A stretch of 63,096 nt of DNA, filler included. It is 14 parts of 14 records of this genome, joined end to end, with 100 filler letters (N's around TTAATTAATTAA, not from the genome) between each part and the next. Parts side by side here need not be neighbours in the genome. Positions count along the whole stretch, not along the records: positions 55,515 to 59,545 come from SRR7504441_23011; positions 59,646 to 63,096 come from SRR7504441_23238; 12 more parts are not named here. The stretch is one strand, 5' to 3'. A program made the translations under genes and the position numbers. This document shows positions 55,515 through 63,096 of this stretch, piece after piece; position 1 is the stretch's first letter; every line of letters begins with the position of its first letter. Under the pieces are notes generated by a model, which did not search any database, had not been told where the DNA came from, and saw only the letters and a list, made by a program, of their open reading frames with translations.

Positions 55515-57031
55515 AGAACCAACATGAATACCGCCCATCGCCACAGCCCGAGCTTTGGCTCAAACATGTCTTCTTGCTTGTCGATATCGTGCTTCTTGGC
55601 ACTCTCACTGAGCAACTCCTCGTCCATGTCTTCGTCATTTGCGGGCTCTGCATTAGACTCAGCGATACGCGCTCGGTACAGCCTAGCGTAGAGAAACCCA
55701 GGAACAATGTAGCCTACCATCGTGGCCCCGGTGGCCCCAGTCAAGGCAGCCACTATTCCTAAATCGCTGACCGCTAGAGCCACCCCGGTGGTGCAGCACA
55801 TGATGAACAAGGTGGCCCAGATCTCTCTTTTAGAGCTCACGAAGTGCTTGCAATGTCCTGCGTCCTGCTGCTGCTCGAGGGCGGTGCGGTGCTCAGGCTG
55901 GAGCAGTCCACAACACAAGGCAAGCTCGGTGAATAGATTGAGGACACTAATGCGCGTGACGAACATGAGCAGCGGGTAAGAGGAGAGCACGTCTATTACA
56001 ATCCCAGAGAGAGCTACCAGCACCATGGGAGAGCTCTGGGGGTAGCTAAACAGCACATTCGAGTCCACAGTGTCTCCAAATGTCCAGTACCCAGCCACAC
56101 CCACCAGCATGAGCAGCAAACACACCATTCCCATTGCCCCAGTGACCACCGCCAGACGCCGGGCGCGGGTCGGCCGGTGTAGTTCAGCAACGATCGGCAC
56201 CATCGCGTGCTGGCACGTGTATGCGTTGGTAAAGATCACGAACTGTGTGATGACGCCGCCAATGTCTGTAGAAACCAATACGTCTCCCTTACAGCCCCAG
56301 CCGCCGTCCTTGCAAGGCTCAAACGCGTGGCCTACGCTGCTCGAGTGGCTCCAGGGCATTGAAAACAGCACGATCATCACGGTCACCCACGCCAAGGCAA
56401 CAATCGCCAAGAACGAGGAGAAGCGGAGCATGTGTACCCGCCGGACCAAGCACAGCGGGGCCACCAGTACCAGCGCCATCGCCACATACACCTGCCGCGC
56501 CACCCAGTCGTGCCCCAGCCCGTGCTTGACCAGCCTCTGCACTGTGGTGGACGCGATCACTAAATAGCTGATCATCGCCCCGACATTATTCATGCAAACC
56601 GAGACATCGACCAGCACGCTGCCAAAGGTGCCGCCAGCCTTCCGGCCGAGCGCGTTGAGGGAGGGCCGGGTGCCTCCTTCTGATGCTACCTCGCAGAGCA
56701 AGAAGAGCGTGAGCGCGGCCATGGCCCCCGTGAGCGCTGTGAAGACGGCGCCAAAGAGCATCCCGCACCCTTTGAACGCGAACGGCAGGGTCAGGATTCC
56801 GGTGCCCACACAGGTCTTGGCAAGGTTGACGATCGCGCTTGGGACGGAGGCAACCCTCTGCTGGCGAGCTGGGGCCGGTTGGACTTCGCCCAGAGTGGCA
56901 TCAGTCTGTGTTGAGTCGGCCCAGTGCGGGCTCGGCGCTTGCCCCTGTATGTAGGGCTGCTTGACATGTGGGGGCGGGGCCGCTGCCGGGGCCGCTGCCG
57001 GGGTCGCCTCCGCGAACTCATCAAAGCTCAT
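55515..57031 (-). CDS. AAAP/SLC38-like amino acid transporter (3' truncated)
   Basis: SAIVNLAKTCVGTGILTLPFAF, LRFSSFLA, FTNAYTCQH, GYWTFGDTVDSNVL, LTGATGAT; intronless. Confidence 0.9.
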
Positions 57032-57167
57032 GTCTCTTTGTCCGAGCGGCTACGCCGCTACGGTTGCTCTCAGTCTGACGTCTGTTACAAAGCGATCAGC
57101 ACGGTTGGTCAGTGCGGCGCGTGGCAGAGCCTGAGTCAGTCTAGGTCTGTACTAGGTCGGCACCAGT

Positions 57168-58547
57168 ATGGGCGACGGGCCGCTGCTGTCCCCGGCTGCC
57201 GTGGACCGGTCGCATGCGGGCAAGCACCGGTCGCATCCACCGGTGGACCGGATCCATGTTTCCAGCTTCCACTCAGCCAGCTTCACCGGCTCCGGGGTGT
57301 GGTCCACCGGCTCGGCCGAGCCGCTGCCGGAGATGCCGGGCACCACCTGGACCCGGATGGCTGCAGTGATGGTGGCCAACATTCTCGGCACGGGGGTGCT
57401 CTCCCTGCCGCACGCGGCCTCAAAGCTGGGCTGGCTCCCGTTCAGTGGGGCGCTGGTGCTGTTCACGGCCGGGGCGCTGTACTCTGGTGCGATATACTCT
57501 CGGCTGTACAGCGCTGTCCCATCGGCGCTGGTGCTGGCCGATGTTGCCACCGCTGGATATGGCCGTGTGGGCACACGTGTGGTGAGCTCGGTAGTGTATC
57601 TGTATGTGGGAGGGGTCACGATCATCTTTCACCTCACTTGCAGCCTAGCGGTCCAGCAGCTCTTCAGTGGCACGGGGGTGTGCGCGCCGTGGCTGTCGCT
57701 GGCCGTGGCGGGCCCGGTCCTTGCGCTGCTCCAGTTCAGGGAAATGCACTCTGTAGGAGGGCTGGCCATTCTAGGCTCTGTGGCGATCTTTGTCCCGTGT
57801 ATTGTAGTGCTGGCCGAGCTGCTCAACAATCCTGTCGCCGGGGCCCAGACTGAGCTGGTGGCCTCCGACGCCAGCTTGGTCCAGCGAGGCGTGAGCGTGA
57901 TGGACGTGGTCTTTGCCTATGCGGGACAGGTTATATTCATTGAATTGCAGAGCGACATGGCAGCGCCGGAGACCTTCCCACGGGCGGTCTACGTGTCGAC
58001 TGGGGTTATGGTGGCTGTGTATGGGGTTGTGGCCTGCGTAGGCTACTGGGCGCTTGGTGCCCATGAGTTGGACGACGGTAAGCCTATCACCAGCGACATT
58101 CACGACCAGACTGCGCTGCGAGTCATCAACTGGTTTTTGGCGGTTCACGTGCTGATAGCGTATGTTGTTGAGGCAAACGTGTTGTCCCGGGGCATTTGCT
58201 GGATGATGGACCTAGAAGAGGCAGTGACTGGCACCACCAGGACTGACCGGATGCGCTGGTTGAGCATTACTAGTTCGATCGTGGCAACAGCTTTTGTCGT
58301 GTCTAATGTGCTGCCATTCTTCTCGGCAATCATGGGGCTCATGGCGGCCATGTGCTCGATTCTACTGACCTACACCTTTCCGATCTTGTTGCTTCTCAAG
58401 CTATGTCATGTGGGTCCTAAGGAGAAGGCAGTCTGTTATGTTTTGATACCCCTCAGTCTCATGCTTGCGCTAGCTGGGACTGTAGCCAGTGTCGCCGACA
58501 TCATCTCCAAACTCAATGCTACTCCACCCTTTTCATGCAACCCTTGA
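57168..58547 (+). CDS. AAAP-family amino acid transporter (proline/GABA-transporter-like)
   Basis: VANILGTGVLSLPHAASKLGW, VFAYAGQVIFIELQSDM..P..F, GYWALG, LPFFSAIMGL; intronless. Confidence 0.9.
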   Translation: MGDGPLLSPAAVDRSHAGKHRSHPPVDRIHVSSFHSASFTGSGVWSTGSAEPLPEMPGTTWTRMAAVMVANILGTGVLSLPHAASKLGWLPFSGALVLFTAGALYSGAIYSRLYSAVPSALVLADVATAGYGRVGTRVVSSVVYLYVGGVTIIFHLTCSLAVQQLFSGTGVCAPWLSLAVAGPVLALLQFREMHSVGGLAILGSVAIFVPCIVVLAELLNNPVAGAQTELVASDASLVQRGVSVMDVVFAYAGQVIFIELQSDMAAPETFPRAVYVSTGVMVAVYGVVACVGYWALGAHELDDGKPITSDIHDQTALRVINWFLAVHVLIAYVVEANVLSRGICWMMDLEEAVTGTTRTDRMRWLSITSSIVATAFVVSNVLPFFSAIMGLMAAMCSILLTYTFPILLLLKLCHVGPKEKAVCYVLIPLSLMLALAGTVASVADIISKLNATPPFSCNP

Positions 58548-58848
58548 TTGAAAGTTGGGGTCTCGTGAGCCCTTGACGTAAACTATATAAAGTCAGGACT
58601 CGTGATTCTAAACTAAAGCCAATCTGTACAAATCCAAAAATGTACCGATACGTGCACTGTGAGGCGACTACGCGAGTGCCGGACTGCGCATGCCGCGCTC
58701 AGTCGCGTCAGTCCTTTCAAATGAGGCCGATCGCGAGCGCTTAAATTATAACTGACTGGTCCTGAATTAATTGAAATCATTGAACCAATCACTGGCTCGA
58801 ACGTTGATTACTCATTGATCACTAGGGTAGTCTAGGTCGCCACTTGCG

Positions 58849-59545
58849 TCACTTTTTCCAGTTGCTCATCCGCGACAACATTGCGGATTCGTCGGGGGGT
58901 GCTTTCTTTTGGTCTGAAGCGATGGCATTCAATGCTTTACTAGGTGACCTCCGCTTCATGTCGTGAACAAACTTATACTTTGAGCCTCGAGCTCTCTCTC
59001 TCAACGGGCTGATGTGATCCTCATGGTTACAACCTGATGATGACACACTCCGACTTCTCTCAGGGGAGGGTACAGAGTCTTCCTTTTGCCTTGCTGCTGG
59101 GCTTTTGCGATCGCCATGTTTGGGAGGAGACCATCCACCCATTCGCGACAAGATTTTGTCCTCATTTAGTACTGGTGAGCGGTCACCCGTGTATGAACTT
59201 TTCATACGAGCTATCATTGATTCCTTGGTAACCGTCTCTCTGTTACGATTTTCATTTGGAGACTTTCCTGCCAATATCGCATCCCCAGCGGCATTAGGAG
59301 ACTTTCCAACCATCTCATGATCCCCAGCTGAACTCTCTTGGTCCAGCCATGACTGTCGAAGCTTGGCCTTACGCTTCTTATAAGAACCTTCGAGCAAGAG
59401 CAGTGAGCTCTCTTGATTTGTGGCACCTTCCTGCTGCTTTAAACGGGCCCTCAACGCGGCTGTCTCTTCCTGCAATCGATGTTTCTCCGCTATAGCTGCC
59501 TGCAGTTGGGAGTGGACAAGCTCGCTCTTGATCTTCTCCTGCGTC
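58849..59545 (-). CDS. C-terminal part of a low-complexity/coiled-coil protein (5' truncated)
   Basis: Open frame from the contig edge; repeated motif ESMIARM / DKILSRM / SAMLSRM. Confidence 0.5.
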
Positions 59546-59645
59546 NNNNNNNNNNNNNNNNNNNNNNNNNNNNNNNNNNNNNNNNNNNNTTAATTAATTA
59601 ANNNNNNNNNNNNNNNNNNNNNNNNNNNNNNNNNNNNNNNNNNNN

Positions 59646-62600
59646 GGAATCCCCATGATGATGCACTCACTCACCCCTGACACATTGAGCTCAAAGCAGC
59701 ACACACCAACCCTGACCTGATATTTTATCCACCCTCGAGCGTACAGCGGCCTCAAACAAGTGATCCGCTGTCTTCTCAAACGATGCCAACATCAGCACTG
59801 AATCGCGCATCTTTTCTATTCCGAAACGGGTGATACCGAGCACCTGCATCCGGCCTATCACCGACTGCCCTCCGGGGGGCGATGCCTCGCCACGGTAGGT
59901 CATTGTATCAGCGAGCAGCCAGATATGCCTGATATCAATCCCGATAGAGTAAGACTTGAAAATCTTGTTGATCTCCGTGACAATTTGGCTCCGGGCCTGC
60001 AAGCGCAATGAGCTCCAGCTGCAGCAGCGTCGGCACCGCTTCTATTCCGAGGCAGTTCTGGATCTCTATGATATGATTCGAGTACGTCGTGGTTCCCTCC
60101 ACTCCAGGGATGCCGTACACACTATCCATCCCGTATCCTTCCACATACACCTAGCCGGCCTGCTCACAGCCAGCAGCCAGGAGGGCTGCCTTGTAGGTCT
60201 TGTCCTCCTCGTTGTTGGAGATGACCGCCCGCTCAATCCCAGGGATCCCAGCCACCTAGCCCACAGCAGTAAGCCCACGGATCCTCGAGATCCATGTCGA
60301 CGCAGGTTTAGTCACCTGAACGTCCGGAACAAACTTTTGCACAAACTGCAACTTGCCCAGCATCGCCTCTCGCTTGTAGTCGCTACAGATCACGTGTATC
60401 TTGTCGTTGCTGCGCACCTTGACGTCCTTGAGAGTGAGTTTGCGTTTCGACTGTGCTACAATCGCGTGCTGGACCCCGACAATTGTGACCTCAAGCTGGA
60501 GCTTTGAGATGGTCAACAGGTCTAGTTTGATGCTGATAAAGCTGCCCGACACCTCGTGTACCTCCTTGATGTAGAGTGATACTTCCTTGAGTCTGGTGCA
60601 TTCAATTCGGCCTTTCACGATGCGAGCGGCCTGCAGGTCTAGAGGCTCACACAGCGAGACATCCACAATCGGTGTGGAGACAGTCTTTGCTGCGTTGATG
60701 ATCTCCTTGATCCGAGGCACCCCCATCGTCACATTCATGCTTGCCACGCCGGCAAAGTGGAACGTCTTGAGCGTCATTTGTGTGCCAGGTTCGCCAATGC
60801 TCTGGGCAGCAAGCGCACCACAGGCGGTGCCAGGCTCGATGAGTGCCAGAGAGAATCTTTGTTCGCAAGCCTTGAGGTAGCTGCCAACTTGACTCTTCGT
60901 GATCCTGTGCCGCTCCAATGCCCGGGCCTGCAGAATCTTTTGAGTCTTTTTGCTTTCACTCTTCTTGGCCAAAGCATCGAGCGCAGTCATCTCATCCTCC
61001 AGCCTTTTAGCGAACTTCCCGAGCTCCAACAGCGCCCGCTCGAGCCACTTAGGCTCCGAGCCGTGCTTAGTCACATGCTTGGTCCGCTGTTTGGTCACCA
61101 TCTTGCGCAGCTCTGACGGCTCGAGAGGCTTCTCCTGCTCGGCCCCTCGCATCGGCTGCACATGCACCGTGTGCTCCAGCTGGCGCTCAAAGTTGAGTCC
61201 GCCATTCTGCTCGTCCAAGTCCGTCGGGTCGAGGCCGTCCTCCCCGTACACAAACTGCACGATGTCTCCCGCCGAGGTGCGACAGGTGGTGTCCCATTGG
61301 ATCGACAAGTCTTCCATCGCCTTCATCAGACGGCGCTGCATGTACCCGGTCTCTGCGGTCTTCACGGCTGTATCCACCAGACCCTCGCGTCCACATATGG
61401 TGTGGAAGAAGAACTCGGTCGGAATCAGCCCGGAATAAAACGAGTTCTGGACAAACCCCTTGGCGGCAGGGTCGCGTGCAAACATTGGGAAATGCGGCAG
61501 CGTGCGGTTGACAAAACCGTGCGGAATCCGTGAGCCCGAGACAACCTGCTGCCCGACACATGCCACCATCTGGGCAATATTGATGTCTGATCCCTTGGAC
61601 CCAGCCCTTTCCATGATCCGCGGCGCGTTGTTCCGGGCCAATTCCTTGACGCATAATCCGCCTGCTTCATTCCGGATCGCAGAGAGGACGCCCTGCCACA
61701 CCACAGGGTGAATAACGCAGCACAGGCCTGAGATTTACCTGGATCTCAGTCTCCAGCGACTTATCTAGGTTCATACCAGGCAAGCACTCCAGCTGGCCGT
61801 CTTGGTACTGCTTGATTAGGTTATCCACTTTGGCAAAGCCTGCGTTGATCATCTCTTGTTTCTTGGTCACAAGGTTCTCGGAGGCCGTCACATCGTTGAT
61901 TCCTATCGAGAAGCCTTGCTGGCCCATGAAGCGTGCTGCCAGCTTAGCAACTCGCCCCATGCACTCGCCAGCAACGTGTGGCCCATACTGTCGCAGCAGC
62001 AGATAGAAGAGCGAGTCCTTACCGCCACCAAGCGTTTTCTTATCGAGCACCCCACAGAGCAGTTCAGAATTCTCGATACAGACGTACCCATCATTCGGCT
62101 CAAGCCACTTATCGCCCTTCCACTTCTTATCCCAAGACTTGCACTTGAGCTGAAAGCTCACAAAGATCGGCGATTCCTTGCTCGGCCGGATCAGGACCGA
62201 GAAGACCTGTTTTCCTGTCCAGAGCTCGACTGGCTTAATGATAGCCGGTGGAGGCAGATCGATCAGCTCGTTGGCGTCTGTTAAGAAACATATCAGCTGG
62301 CAGAACATGGATCGGTCGTAGAATCTGTCCTTGGAGGTGAGCAGGTATGCCGCGGTGAGGAAGTCTTGTGTGGCAGCGATGACCAGCTCGCCGTTACGAG
62401 GCGTCACCAGGTTTTGCAGAGTGCCCATCAGCTCAATCGCCTCGGTCCGAGCTTCCTCTGTCTGAGGGACATGAAGGTTCATCTCGTCACCGTCAAAGTC
62501 AGCATTGTATGGCGCGCACACGCACTCGTTGAACCGGAGTGTGCGCCATGGCATCACCTGCCGATCATCAGTATCGTCTTTCAGAGCAGCGCCACCTTAG

Positions 62601-63096
62601 CACGATGTGCCATAATCGAGAGCTTGTGCAGCGACGGCTGCCTATTGAAGAGCACAACGTCCCCGTCCCGAAGGTGCCGCTCCACCACTTCGCCTTCCTG
62701 GAGCTGCTTCGCCTCGAGCACCTGCCGACCGGCTCATGACAACCATCCAAGAGCGGCTAAATACCCGGTCTGACACGAACCGGAGGAATTTCTTCCGGCC
62801 GGACTTCTTTAAAATGTAATTCGCCCCGGGGTGCACATCGGACCCGTTGATCACACACCGCCGAAGCTCGTCGATGTTGTATATGTTCACCTGCAGCGCG
62901 GATCAGCCTGCGGCAAAGGGGCGCGGACCTTGGCTGGGTAAGTGAGTGTCTTGGCCATGTGTCGGGGGACACACACTTGGTCCACGCCTATATTTGGATC
63001 TGGCGAGATCACAGTCCGGCCGGAGAAGTCTACCCGCTTGCCCGACAGATTGCCTGCCCAGCCGCGGTGACCTCGGAATCTACCAGTCTAGGTAGT
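59646..63096 (-). CDS. POLR3A: RNA polymerase III largest subunit RPC1, partial at both ends, at least 9 introns
   Basis: [139 protein letters not shown]; the latter motifs are pol III-type. Confidence 0.97.

Noticed and set aside
3078-59645. Recurring TTAATTAATTAA flanked by N runs as a biological repeat or CRISPR-like array
   Set aside because: These are identical 100-bp six-frame-stop spacers used to concatenate contigs. Gene adjacency across them carries no meaning.
1-63096. Alternative genetic code or stop-codon readthrough
   Set aside because: TAA, TAG and TGA all end recognizable proteins at the expected C-termini, and internal stops fall in introns.

Overview
This window is not one locus. 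It holds 14 unrelated contigs joined by 13 artificial 100-bp spacers (N44-TTAATTAATTAA-N44). The DNA comes from a compact, GC-rich eukaryotic genome of a flagellated protist (CFAP20 and DAW1/ODA16 are present); I cannot assign the lineage from the sequence alone. About 33 protein-coding genes or fragments are visible. They include RNA polymerase III RPC1, BTAF1/MOT1, a nardilysin/insulysin, JMJD5, HYPK, a ZNF830-like protein, three AAAP amino-acid transporters, a GH78 rhamnosidase, a GH27 galactosidase and a UxaA-family dehydratase. Genes often sit head-to-head with 43-170 bp between start codons. Many are interrupted by very short introns (mostly 35-46 nt) that lack a polypyrimidine tract, often use GC donors, and often have 5' ends complementary to the bases just before the 3' AG. 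The most interesting signals are: (1) an intronless SPX + RWP-RK + BRK-like fusion, a candidate transcription factor directly gated by inositol pyrophosphate/phosphate status; (2) the mini-intron architecture; (3) a ~280-nt intergenic hairpin whose transition mismatches are all G-U compatible on one strand; (4) a tandem UxaA whose two halves have lost complementary motifs; (5) an internally deleted Cav/Nav-type channel; and (6) several unusual domain fusions. All domain calls are motif recognition by eye, not database results.
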